A stretch of 63,383 nucleotides of DNA, filler included, from Octopus bimaculoides (Eukaryota), in the NCBI RefSeq assembly GCF_001194135.2. It is 6 parts of 5 records of this genome, joined end to end, with 100 filler letters (N's around TTAATTAATTAA, not from the genome) between each part and the next. Parts side by side here need not be neighbours in the genome. Positions count along the whole stretch, not along the records: positions 40,624 to 49,379 come from NC_068990.1; positions 49,480 to 58,525 come from NC_068993.1; 4 more parts are not named here. One strand, written 5' to 3'. Below the pieces are notes generated by a model, which saw only the letters and a list, made by a program, of their open reading frames with translations, did not search any database and was not told the DNA's origin. Of the stretch, positions 40,891 through 52,985 are shown one piece after another. Position 1 is the first letter of the stretch. Each line of letters starts with the position of its first letter. The position numbers and the translations under genes are program-made.

Positions 40891-41239
40891 ATTTAATAAA
40901 AATGTTTATGTTACCCAGTGAGCAATGATTTGGGGGAGAACTTACCATTGAGTATTGTGTTTACATGACAGCCAATACATATCAATATTCAAATAGTATA
41001 GACACTATTTGATGTTGTATTTTCACAAACATCATTTCCTTCTTTAATTAGTTTTTAGGGTGTGAGTTGTTATTTCACATCTAGCAGCATTCTAAACGCG
41101 TGATCAAAGATATTCTAAATACAGTCACACCAAAGACTTGGGATGTGAAAAAAGGGGAAGCGATTATAGTCATATTTTTTTAACAGAATAAGAACTGAAA
41201 ATTAATTTAGAATCCTTAAACCTATCTATCGATCTATTC

Positions 41240-41282
<43 letters not shown>

Positions 41283-41415
41283 CGTGTGTGTGTGTGTGCG
41301 CGAGTGTGTGTATGCGTGCGTGTGTGTGTGTGTATGTGTGTGTGTATGTGTGTTTGTATTATTTGAAAAAAAATAGTAGAGATAGCTTTGGGAGTAAGCA
41401 TATAGAATGTGCAAC

Positions 41416-41462
41416 AAAACTGTCTGATGAATGGGAACATGAAACTCCGAGTACCAGTCTTT
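41416..41462 (+). ncRNA. Minimal type-I hammerhead ribozyme motif with intact catalytic core
   Basis: AAAACUGU CUGAUGA AUG GGAA CAU GAAAC U CCG A GUA CCAGUCUUU: core, stem II (3 bp + GGAA loop), stem III (ACU/AGU), GUA cleavage triplet, stem I with two mismatches. Confidence 0.65.
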
Positions 41463-42105
41463 TGTTATATTTCTGCTGTTTTTTAATAAAGTATATANNN
41501 NNNNNNNNNNNNNNNNNNNNNNNNNNNNNNNNNNNNNNNNNNNNNNNNNNNNNNNNNNNNNNNNNNNNNNNNNNNNNNNNNNNNNNNNNNNNNNNNNNNN
41601 NNNNNNNNNNNNNNNNNNNNNNNNNNNNNNNNNNNNNNNNNNNNNNNNNNNNNNNNNNNNNNNNNNNNNNNNNNNNNNNNNNNNNNNNNNNNNNNNNNNN
41701 NNNNNNNNNNNNNNNNNNNNNNNNNNNNNNNNNNNNNNNNNNNNNNNNNNNNNNNNNNNNNNNNNNNNNNNNNNNNNNNNNNNNNNNNNNNNNNNNNNNN
41801 NNNNNNNNNNNNNNNNNNNNNNNNNNNNNNNNNNNNNNNNNNNNNNNNNNNNNNNNNNNNNNNNNNNNNNNNNNNNNNNNNNNNNNNNNNNNNNNNNNNN
41901 NNNNNNNNNNNNNNNNNNNNNNNNNNNNNNNNNNNNNNNNNNNNNNNNNNNNNNNNNNNNNNNNNNNNNNNNNNNNNNNNNNNNNNNNNNNNNNNNNNNN
42001 NNNNNNNNNNNNNNNNNNNNNNNNNNNNNNNNNNNNNNNNNNNNNNNNNNNNNNNNNNNNNNNNNNNNNNNNNNNNNNNNNNNNNNNNNNNNNNNNNNNN
42101 NNNNN

Positions 42106-42920
42106 GCGTATGTATGTGTGTGTGTGTGTGTTGTGTATGTGAGTGAGTATTGTGTATGTGAGAGGTGTGTGTGCGTGTGTGCATGTATGTGTATGTGTAT
42201 GTGTGTACGTGTATGTGTGTGTATGTGTGTGTCTGTGTATGTGAGAAGTGTGTGTGTGTTTGTGTATGTGAGAGGTGTGTGTGCGTGTGTGTATGTGTAT
42301 GTGTGTGCGTGCGTATGTGTGTGAAAGCGTAAGGATGTTTGCCAGGTATGTGTGTTATTGTGTGTGTGCACTCCTGTGTGTGTGTGTGTATGTGTGTGTG
42401 TGCTCATGTGTATGCGGCTGTGTATGTACGTGTATATAGGCGTGCGCGTATATATGGGTGTGTGTGTGTGTCTTTGTGTGTATAGGGCTGTGTAAGGTGT
42501 GTATCTCTACCACTGTGCGTGTGTGTGCGTGTATATATGTCCGTTCGTCTATGGGTGTGTGTGAGGTCGCGCATGTATGTTTGTCATGTGTGTGGGCGGT
42601 ATATATGTAAGGTGTGTGAATGAGGGTATGTATGGGTTGTCAGGTGTGTGGAAGGTATGTGTGAATGGGGGTATATATGGGTTATGTGTGCAAGGGTGTG
42701 TATGCTTGGGTGTGTGTGTGTATGTTTGCGTGATTGTTAGCGTGTGTGTGTATGCGCAAGTGTGCGAGTGTATGTGCGTTTGTATAAGTGTGTGGGCGAG
42801 TCTGAGCGTGTAAGTGCATGCATATGTGTTTTGTGTGTGTAGTGTGTTGGGGGTAGGTGTGCTTACATGTGTGTGTATGGGTGCGTGTATTTTTTGTGTG
42901 TGGGTATGTGTGCGTGTAGG
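42106..42920. repeat. Long degenerate (TG)n/(TGTATG)n tract
   Basis: Direct reading. Confidence 0.9.
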
Positions 42921-43264
42921 AAGGGATGAAATAAATTGTGGAAAATTGTAGTGATTGTAATAAAAAAGTGAATAATGGATATAATGTAAAGTGGATGAGG
43001 TGGGTGGGGTAAAAAAAAAAGAATAATGAATAAAGAAAAGTGTTGCATTGTCGTAAAGGAGAGAGTGATAAGGAGGAGGGGGCTGTGTTGAGTCCGAAGG
43101 GGAAAGATGATCTAAGGTTAAAAATATAGCGCTGTTCTAAGTGGAGTCGCGAGGGAGTGGACCCATGGTGCAGGGCGAGGCCAAAAACGGAGATGTTAGA
43201 GGGGGAGTGGTTGGCCGGTGTGTGTTTGTGTGTGTGTGTAGGTATGTATGTATGTATCTATCTA

Positions 43265-43475
43265 TTTGTGTGTCTGTGTTCATCCCCCCACAATAGTTTG
43301 ACAACCGAAGTTGGTCTGTTTACGTTCCAGTAACGTACCGATTCGGCAAAAGAGACCGATAGATTAAGTAGTAGGCTTACAAAGAATAAATGTTGGGATC
43401 GATTTGTTCCACTAAAGGCGGTCCTCCAGCATGGCCGCAGTCAAATAACTGAAACAAGTAAAAGAGTAAAAGAAT
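43265..43475 (+). mobile_element. SINE family A, 3' half, CpGs retained
   Basis: TTGACAACCGAAGTTGG...TTCGGCAAAAGAGACCGATAG...CCAGCATGGCCGCAGTCAAATAACTGAAACAAGTAAAAGAGTAAAAG. Confidence 0.85.
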
Positions 43476-43880
43476 AAATGCATACATATAACTATCTGTC
43501 GATCTGTCTACCGCTATGCATCTTTCTGTCTATCTACCAACCTATTTCTATATCTCTGTCTCTCTTTTTTCTCCCCCACCCCCTATATATACATATGTTT
43601 GTGTGCGGATCAATTTTCGTGTATGAGTAATTCTCTGGTTTTTGGTTATGCTGATTCAATAAATTTTATCTTCCTTCAAAATAGGAACTTATATAGTTTC
43701 AAAACCACTCGTTTGAGCCGCTATTCTGACACACAACTACGTCCATCATTTTCATCTCGTCTCTCAAGTCCCTATTTATTTTCTTAATGAATCAAACTAA
43801 TGTTTTGAATCCATTTCAACCAGGAACATAATATCCATCCCCAGAACCGGTGGTAAAACAACCGTGCTCGTTCGTCTTAC

Positions 43881-43940
43881 CTGGTTCCACAATTTTCCCA
43901 AACACCAAGGAACAGAAATTTTGAATTCACTGGTTTTCAT
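43881..43940 (-). CDS. Speculative first coding exon (MKTSEFKISVPWCLGKLWNQ)
   Basis: ATG at 43940-43938, exactly 20 codons, consensus donor CAG|GTAAGA, phase 0. Confidence 0.2.
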
Positions 43941-44613
43941 TTAAAATTCAGCTAAGATATTATTAGATTCACAGTAAAAATTATTATATATTCTCCAAAT
44001 ACAAAATATTGATATTTCTATCTTTAATTATTGGTTTATTTATTGAGTGTCTTGATAGTGAAGTTGTTATCTTAACGGATGTTATTTTCTATTCTAGATT
44101 CCAAATCCGATATATTTTATTTTTGATAATTTTATGTAACTAAACAATATTCTCAAATTTTGTTACTATTTACATTTTGAAAAATATTTTTTTAAAATTT
44201 AAATATGATAATAAATTTTATACCAATCCAAATCATAAAATAACGAGTGAAAAATTGAAAATATTGATATGGAGAATATTTCGACAAACAGACACAATGC
44301 AAATATATTTATGAATTACCGTTTAAACTACTGAATTTTGAAACGAAATTGGTTCTATAAGAAATATTATACATAGAATTTTATACAATACTCTTTGAAT
44401 TCGGAATATTTTTATTTTCATATGTATTATTTTGTACAATATTTTTTTAAATGATGTTTTATTTACCATTTACTATTTTTGATTGATTCAGCATAGCTTT
44501 TAGCTCTGAAAACAAAAGTGTTAACGATTTGTAAATTCTTTATCGTTCATTGACATACCTGGAATTTTGTGAGACCTAAATAATTTTCAATTTTCAAGTT
44601 ACGCCCACATTAG

Positions 44614-44648
44614 TAATAATGGACTGAATTCAATTCAGTCCATTATTA
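44614..44648. repeat. Perfect 16-bp-arm palindrome
   Basis: TAATAATGGACTGAAT-TCA-ATTCAGTCCATTATTA. Confidence 0.95.
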
Positions 44649-46342
44649 TATAAGTATCATATTGATATGACAGTTATAATATTTCTAAACCAAGAAAATT
44701 GCCAATGTAAGCTGTCTGTCTTCAGTGATCACAGAATATTCTAGAGTGCATGGTATTAAGTGCTTTTGAATTGAAATGAGATATCCATATAATACCCTTT
44801 TGTAGATAATTTACCTTAAAGTGATGTTATAAACATCGATACATTTTAACAATTGATCAATTAGTGACTACTGATGTCTTAGTCGGGAAACCTAAATATG
44901 AATATCTATCCTTGGGTTTCGTCGTCTGTAGTCAGTTTAACTAAAAGCATTTGCCACAACCGAGAATTATCCATTAGCATCGTTTGAAGTCGGCTAATAC
45001 TTTTTATGTGGAATATAAACTTATTAATCATGCAACTGTATGTGTTATTATATTCAAATGGTGGAGAGAATTTGTGACTTTGCAACTATTTGATGCTGTA
45101 TTCATATATTTCTGCTAATATTTGTTAGATATGTATATTCCCCCTTCCATTACATCCTTCTACTTACATCATATGCTGCAGTCAATATGCAAAATGGCCA
45201 TCCGATAGAAAATACAGCTGATTATTATAAATCTGTTGGATAGAAATTTTGAACAAGCGCGCATAGAACAATGCGCACATAGAGTCATATATGTGTTACT
45301 TGACCTATTTTCCATTTGTTTCTCTCGTTGTTTGCGTATTGAACTGATTTGTTTTGCATTTTATGTTGTATATGCATATGTATACATACATACATGCATA
45401 CATATATATATATATATATATATANNNNNNNNNNNNNNNNNNNNNNNNNNNNNNNNNNNNNNNNNNNNNNNNNNNNNNNNNNNNNNNNNNNNNNNNNNNN
45501 NNNNNNNNNNNNNNNNTATTCAATAAGACATTCAATACTTCATTTCATTTTACCATCTATTTTCATATTATATGTTATATATTCCATATTCTATATCCCA
45601 CATTAATTTTACATGAATATAAATAAAACATAAAAAACAGACTGTTGGAACTCTTTTAAATAAAATTATATATATATAAAGTTGTAGTATATTGTCAACT
45701 TAATGTGACAATCCCAATAAGGGAATACACTACTGCCGTTTAGCCCTAGGAAGCTGGACCGCTTCCTGTCGGCCTTGACACAATTACTGTTAACTATTAT
45801 AAAATGTATATATATATATCGCATCGATTTCCAACTAAGTTTAACTTAATCTTTTTGATGCGACTTTACTCTATACTGTTTTCCCCCGTCCGTTTCTCTA
45901 ATTCCTTTCCCTTCCCTTCAACTTTTTCTATTTTTCTCTCCCTCTCCCCTCTTTCTTCTTTTCTCTCTCTTGTTGCTCACACGTGAATATCGTCCATCTT
46001 TCTTTACCTCACGTGATCATCGTTCTTTCTCTTTGTTTTCTCTTTTCAAAGAAATTATTTCTTCATCGTTCGCTAATATACCCTCGTTCTGGTCTAATGA
46101 CCCTTCATGTCTTCACTGTCTTCTTTTTGTTCCCCAAATTTGACCCTCCATAAATCCCAATTCTATTTTGGTACTTACGAGTGCAGCTATCTCCTCGTAT
46201 TTTCTTCTTGCATGGGAGAGGATGCTCAAATCGTAAAACTTTTCTAATTTTCTTGTGCGCAAACATAAAATAACCTGTTTGCTCCCTTGTATTACCCCGG
46301 CTTCATGTTTTTCTTTATTTTCGTACTACACACACACATATA

Positions 46343-46397
<55 letters not shown>

Positions 46398-46899
46398 GCA
46401 TACATGCGTATGTGTGTGTTTATGCTTGTAGATAGATGTGCATATATAAATGTACATATATAGAATTTTAGATACATTTATACATCCATGCATTTTATAA
46501 TAGTTCACATTTGAGTAAATTTTTGTCATCATTCTAACATTAAACGTAGTATTTCGTTCAATGGTCTGCTTCTATTATGCATACACAACCTCTATTATTT
46601 TTCATGTTACCTACAATTTGGATCTACATATATTTCATAACTAATTTTGTCTGTTCATAATCTCACATGCGTTCAGTTACCTCTGTTTCGCTGTTTACTT
46701 GTGTTATCAATTAGTTAGTTCGCACTATATATGTTATTCGCGGTTTTTACACTTAATTCACTGCCATACGTTGTATTCCTTGATATCCATTGATAAATTA
46801 CATGAAAAAAAACTCTAACAATACAGAACGCAGAATCCCTGTTCTTTACTATCCCTCTCACAGAAAGGGACTGTTATATTGTCACCGTTATTAACCTAA

Positions 46900-47380
46900 C
46901 TATTACAAACATGAGCAGTCTCATACAGAATTGACTGTATCACATTGTTTTCATATGATAGCTAGAATGTCCAAGGAGAGATCTGATCAGGTCACGATAC
47001 TCAATGCCTGATTGACTTTTGTTACAAATATTATCAGTGCAGCTGATACACAGAATCTTGTAGTTTATTGCTAATTTCTTCCTACCAATATTGTTATATT
47101 TGATATTTAGATAATCACTGCTTGCCCACAGGTCAAAGTATTAACCTTCTTTTTTTCAGTTCTGTTCATACCCGTTCTATAATGTTGCTGAGATTGTCCA
47201 TATTCCTATATGTAATTTTTGCTTCTAAATAATTCGAAATTTTCACATTTGCCCGTATTTTGATATTCTAAATTTCCTTCAGCTTGTCATGAGATTCTTC
47301 AGTGAAAGTCCAATCAATACCATACCAAATAACCTCCAATATATCCAATTTTGAACACAGTTCTGGTCGTTTTAATAATT
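46900..47380 (-). mobile_element. Possible highly decayed RTE-clade LINE fragment
   Basis: Minus-strand VIWYGIDWTFTEESHDKLKEI...KIS..EAKIT resembles the post-RT motif LLYG.ETWTLT...RLE..E...RR.L.ISW. Confidence 0.35.
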
Positions 47381-49379
47381 ACAGCAAAGAAAGCATTTAC
47401 AAATACAAATTACTTGTGATTACAAAATTTCTCGTCTAAACAGTTATGTTACCAGCATTAATAATCTACTGCGTCGACATTAAAAGTGACGGTATACATC
47501 CAACCAACTCCCTTCTACAAAATATTATGATAACAAAAGCATATGAAATAAATATTAAGAAAGTAGTTATTAAAGTATGTGAGCGAATATTAAAAACAGA
47601 GGAGCGCATCTTGCTATTGACAGAAAAATACATAATATTTAGTTGATAGTAGGAAAGAAATGAACGGAAACTCGAGCTGAATACCGTGTTTGAGACCAAT
47701 AATAAGATAGTATACGAGAAGATCAATACAAAATAAAGCACTTTGAGAAACATTGCGACGTCGATGGAGAATCAGTTGTTTTGGAAGATCCAACAGAAAA
47801 GCCGAATACAAGGCGATAGAAATGAAGAAACGGGGGAGGGGAGAAAATCTCACTAATATAATAAATATGGTATTGCCAGGAGAATTAACAAACAAAATCA
47901 AGTGTGGTTGCAAAATAATATTTTTAGTGATAGTAAACATCCCTATTTTGTAGTTAAAGCAATAAGGATACAAGGAATAAACTAGAACAATAGCTGCAAC
48001 ATCAAATGATTAAATATACGAGATCGAAACCAAATGAATATTAATCCCTCGCTACAAAATTAGAAAAAGGTCTCAAAATACCTACAGAAAGATAACATGA
48101 TTACAACAAATAAAGCCACGGGGTCTTTATTATCTAATAGGTGTATATACGTGTCGGCGGACATTCTAAAGATGGATGTAAATGGAGATGAAAAACATGA
48201 ATGTTGTTAGACAATAAGAAAAAAAAATAAACATAGTTATGCAATGATTATTAGCGAACAGATTTCAATAACATAACGCACTTTGAGATAATGAACACAT
48301 GAAAAAGACAGCCCTAATAACGTGGTAGTTTATTGAATACGCTGGGTTAAAATGGTGTTTATTAAGAATAAAAACAATAAAAAGCTATTATGGGGGAATC
48401 ATTTTCCCATTAGACGAACACATTTTTAAGGTGATCCTTATTGGTGCCTTCTAATTGTATTTTATCTAACAAATTGGCTAAACGAAAATGACACATATAA
48501 TGTGAGAAGAAATATGAATCATGTATTTAGTCGAGATGTCGTATTATACAGCCAGCGTAGATATCTGCTAAGAAATATAGATGTATACATTGGATTAGTA
48601 GTTTGTATAAACATATACTCAAAGAAGAAAATGATTTGTTAAAACGCAAAATATGAGAAGTGATATGGACAGTGAAATGGCATCATTAGAGTAACGAACA
48701 CCATACAAGTGCGTATGTATGTAGGAAAGTGATAAGTAAGTAAACACCAAGATTAATGAAATAATAAAAAAAGGAATATGACTAACGTAAAACATAAAAA
48801 ATACACAATGTTGATACTGGAAACTTGTTCATAGATAAAAGAAATCTTCCATGTAGTAAACTGTATGAGAAAACAAAGAAGAATTTACAAACGAACCAGA
48901 AAGTATTAAATTCGTTCACGAAACGCTGATAGTGATTACGTATGACTACATACTCATCGAGATGTGTCTTATAAAATGACAGTTGTAGTATAGGAAATGT
49001 CATAGCTTTTTTTGTGTGTATTTATTGAAAGGATGATCTGGATCGCTATTTCAGTGCCGTTGACATTGTTATCAATGCTATCCCCAAATCGCAGATCTAC
49101 ATCGGTTTTGTTTTTTTGCGGCATAATCTACTAATTATTCACAGATTCCCTGTGGTGTTACTACAATGGGAAATGGATTCAATCTCCATTTTGAAAGTGT
49201 TTAGTTACAAAAAATTAATTTCTGGATCTGCCGTTGAAAGGGAAAAGATCCCTGATCGTTTAAACAATCCTTTTTTGGGTAGTTGTTGCTTATTTTAGAG
49301 ATTATGTATGGAAAGAAAATAGGGGTAGAAGAACATCGCAAAGCTATGACACGGGGAGATATTGATAAATCGAGTATAG

Positions 49380-49479
49380 NNNNNNNNNNNNNNNNNNNNN
49401 NNNNNNNNNNNNNNNNNNNNNNNTTAATTAATTAANNNNNNNNNNNNNNNNNNNNNNNNNNNNNNNNNNNNNNNNNNNN
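49380..49479. other. Artificial scaffold spacer
   Basis: N44-TTAATTAATTAA(49424-49435)-N44. Confidence 0.95.
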
Positions 49480-50216
49480 TATATATTTAATTATATGTAT
49501 TTATTTTAACCTAATAAATAATAATTCGGATAGAATAAATGGGTTAATAGAAACCAAGGTAGCAAAGATCACAAAATAACTGGTGTAATTCCTGTTAGTG
49601 AGGCAGAAACTCCTTGATATTTTGGGTATTTGAGTAGTCCTAATCTCCAACAGTTTTTTCAAATGAATTACGTTATAACCTTCTCCAACTATAGTTATCA
49701 TACTCGGTCATAATGTCTTACGTTTAAGATGGTTCCCATACATTCCCTGAGGAGAAGTTTACATTTTTAACATCGACGATTCCTATGGATCGCATAAATT
49801 GTAATTCTTCGAAACATATGTCGGAATAAAGTATGCAGTTATAACATGCGTTTACTTCATTCCTTAAATTTTTATATATATATATATGTATATGTATTTA
49901 TATATGTGTGTGTTTGTGTATAGATGTATATGTGTGCGGGCGTGTAGGTGTTATGCGATGTTTGACCTTGTGACTGGCACAAACTGATTAGATTTTAGGA
50001 TCGATCCAGTACCAGACAAGGATTCTGGATTATGTTTCTGGTATTTTTACTTAATTTTTGAGTGCAGCTGGGTATATTTTTAGTATTCTCATTTGTGAGA
50101 GCAGTTGAGTTTATTTCAAATATTCTCATTTTAAAATTGCTGGCTAATCGCTGAGAGGATGTTGGTGTTGCTTTGGTGGAGGTTGGTACTCTCTGAGTGC
50201 TCTTATTATTATTATT

Positions 50217-50350
50217 AAATTCTGCCAAGATTGACTTTGCCTTTCATCCTTTCAAAGTTGATAAATTAAGTACCAGTGAAACACTGGTGTTGATGTAATT
50301 GACTAGTCCCCTCCCCAACAAATTTCAGGCCTTGTGCCTTTAGTAGAAAG
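50217..50350 (+). mobile_element. 5'-truncated SINE family N inserted in (ATT)n
   Basis: AAATTCTGCCAAGATTGACTTTGCCTTTCATCCTTTC...GGCCTTGTGCCTTTAGTAGAAAG, flanked by TTATTATTATT on both sides. Confidence 0.8.
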
Positions 50351-50904
50351 GGTTATTATTATTATTATGTAAGGTCAGACAACAAAGCATGTCAGTACTT
50401 TTGTTTCCCCAGTAAACTTTCACCATGTTAATTCCATATATCTTGAACCAGATCTACCTTCGGACAAACATGAAAGGTGAAATTTTTCTTTTCTGACATG
50501 AAATCAATGGTGTCAACAGGTTTTGTTGAATGGGCCTCAACTTATAAATAAATGATTGAACTCTGCCCCTGGTACTGAATACTCTTTCTACGTACATTAC
50601 TACTAACAAATATACATATTTGCTTCAGTCATTGGACTGTGGCAATGCTTGGGACTTACTTTGAAGGGTTTACTTGATCAAATCAACTCTGTAGTTATTC
50701 TGTCTCATTTTGCCAAACTGCTAAGTTACAGAGATGTAAAGAAATAACCAATGACTGTCCAGCAATGCAAGACAAACAAATACACACACATGCACACTCA
50801 TTTACACATACATGTGCACATACACATAAATAACAGGTTTGGTTTTACAGATGGAAGAAAAATCCCTATACATGCATACTTACAAGTATGTGTATAGATC
50901 ATCA

Positions 50905-51068
50905 TCATCATCATCATCATCGTTTAACGTCCGCTTTCCATGCTAGCATGGGTTGGACGATTTGACTGAGGACTGGTGCAACCGGATGGCTACACCAGGC
51001 TCCAATCTAATTTGGCAGAGTTTCTACAGCTGGATGCCCTTCCTAACGCCAACCACTCAGAGAGTGTA
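50905..51068 (-). mobile_element. Short 3'-UTR fragment of the RTE LINE with (GAT)n tail
   Basis: (CAT)nCGTTTAACGTCCGCTTTCCATGCTAGCATGGGTTGGACG..., nearly identical to 57255-57410. Confidence 0.85.
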
Positions 51069-51102
51069 GATGTGTGTATTTATTATTAGTTATGAAATTA
51101 GG

Positions 51103-51290
51103 GCAGTTGGCTGGTAGAACTGTTAGCATGCTGGGCAAAATGCTTTTCTGAGTTCAAATTCTGCTGAGGTCAACTTTGCCTGTCATCCTTTCAGATCAAT
51201 AAAATAATTACTTGCTGAGTACAGTGAGTTGATGCAATTAACTTACCTCTCTTCTGAAATTTGCTGGCCTTGTGCCAAAATTCGAATCTA
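51103..51290 (+). mobile_element. SINE family N, plus orientation
   Basis: GGCTGGTAGAACTGTTAGCATGCTGGGCAAAATGC..GAGTTCAAATTCTGCTGAGGTCAACTTTGCC...GGCCTTGTGCCAAAATT. Confidence 0.75.
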
Positions 51291-51354
51291 TTATTAGCTA
51301 TGAAACTTTATATGTTACTTTAGGTTTTTGAATCACTTTAGGTAGCTTCACACC

Positions 51355-51945
51355 TAATGATTAATATTGGGGGCAGTGTTAGTCAATTACATCAACCCCA
51401 ATGCTCAGCTGGTACTTATTTTATCGACTCCAAAAGGACAAGAGGTAAAATCAGCTCAGTTGATTTGAACTCATAACATAAAGACAGACGAAATGCTGCT
51501 AAGTTTTTCACCCAGCATTCTATTGATTCTGCCAATTTGCTACCTTCATCGTGATAATATTCCTTTGTACCATGGGCACAAGGCCTAAAGTTTTGAGTGG
51601 AGTGGCAGTTGATTACATTGACCCAGTACTCAACTGGTACCTATTTTATCAACCCCCAAAAGGATAAAAGGCAAAGTCAACCTCAGCAGGATTTGAACTC
51701 AGAATGTAGAGCTGGATGAAATGCCACTATGTTTTTGTTTAGTATGCTAATGATTCTGCCAGCTTGCCACCTTCATGATGATGATGATGATAACAACAGT
51801 GACAATAATAATAATTTCTCACATAAACACAAGGCCAGAAATTTAGTGGAAGGGAAACAATCAATTATATTAATTCCATTACTTGACTGGTAGTTTATTT
51901 TATCAACCCCAAAATGATGAGGTTAAATTTGACTAGATTTTGAAC
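51355..51945 (-). mobile_element. Three tandem SINE family N copies (about 51355-51548, 51570-51775, 51820-51945)
   Basis: Each repeats CTGGTA.TTATTTTATC.ACCCC.AAA.GA..A.AGG.AAA.T; CpG-depleted. Confidence 0.75.
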
Positions 51946-52769
51946 TTCTTTTTTTTTTTTTTGTTATAGGGAACTCATGTCCATATTATCTTCTTTCTCC
52001 TTTTCTATGACTGTAGAGTGTGATATGAGGGAAATTTAGCTGTTATTTCTAGGTAGGTAAATGGCCACGTAGAGGGTCCATCTGTGTGTGTGTGTATATG
52101 TAAGAGGGAAAGAATCAAACTGCATATATATGAGAGAGAGAGAGAGGTATAGCAAAAAATGTAGCGTGTTAGTTGGTGCAGAATAATTAAGTTTGTTCAA
52201 AGTTGTTTAAATTGTTTCATGAATCTCTTTTCTTGTCAGTGTCACTGATTAGGTTTCACTCCAGTTCTTGTGTTAGTAGTGTTGTTGGTGGTGGTGGTGG
52301 TTTAGTTTTGCTTGGGCTGACCGGTGATCAAAAGTGTTTAACCCATGACAACTTCAATTAGTTTTGGGGAATAGTGTATCTAGTGCTACGTTATTCAACA
52401 TGTTCTTCCATTTTATTTAAGCTAGCAGAGTGTGATTTGAGAGAGGTTTGTTTGTTATTTCTACCAAATCAATCAACTATCGTGAGGCTTCCTCATTGAC
52501 TCTGCATGTGGCATTTCTAATCTTGGGATGTGGTGGATCCTCCAGCCTTTGTACCTGGTTACCTTTCACCTGATTCTCTGACATCTACTTGTCATAATGA
52601 GTCTGCCACATACTGATTAATCTCAACATCCCATCTTCTCTTATGCCTATCTTCTCATCTACCTCCTATTTTAATTTCCTCTTTTTACTCTACATAGCTC
52701 ACTTTCCTCAATGTTACTGCTCTATGTTGTTGTTATTGTTATCTGATGCAACAACAACATCCAAGAACA

Positions 52770-52985
52770 ATGCCACGTCTGAAGGATGAGCACTGGAAGA
52801 CTACTACACCAACTTTTCTGGTGGCAGCAACCCATGCACTAGAGAATCCAGTGCAGTGCACCAAAGAAGACATGGGTGAAACAAACTGAGGAAGACCTGA
52901 AGTCACAGTGCCTAACCCTCAAGCATGCTAAGGCCAGAGGCATGGACTGGGAAGTATGGAATAATATCATCACCAGAGTCCATCA
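52770..52985 (+). mobile_element. Decayed RTE LINE ORF C-terminus
   Basis: PKKTWVKQTEEDLKSQCLTL..A...DWEVWNNII matches the RTE GRPKKTW...DL...DR..W motif. Confidence 0.55.

Noticed and set aside
49029-49298. 90-codon open frame (KDDLDRYFSAVDIVINAIPKSQIYIG...)
   Set aside because: Weak splice signals; it does not match the expected ATP10 first exon (TTKY/PKNLFEQF/EDY motifs). It may be a decayed LINE endonuclease fragment.
49999-50181. AG...GT-bounded segment as the upstream ATP10 coding exon
   Set aside because: All three plus frames contain stops. No upstream or downstream ATP10 exon was recognised elsewhere in the window.
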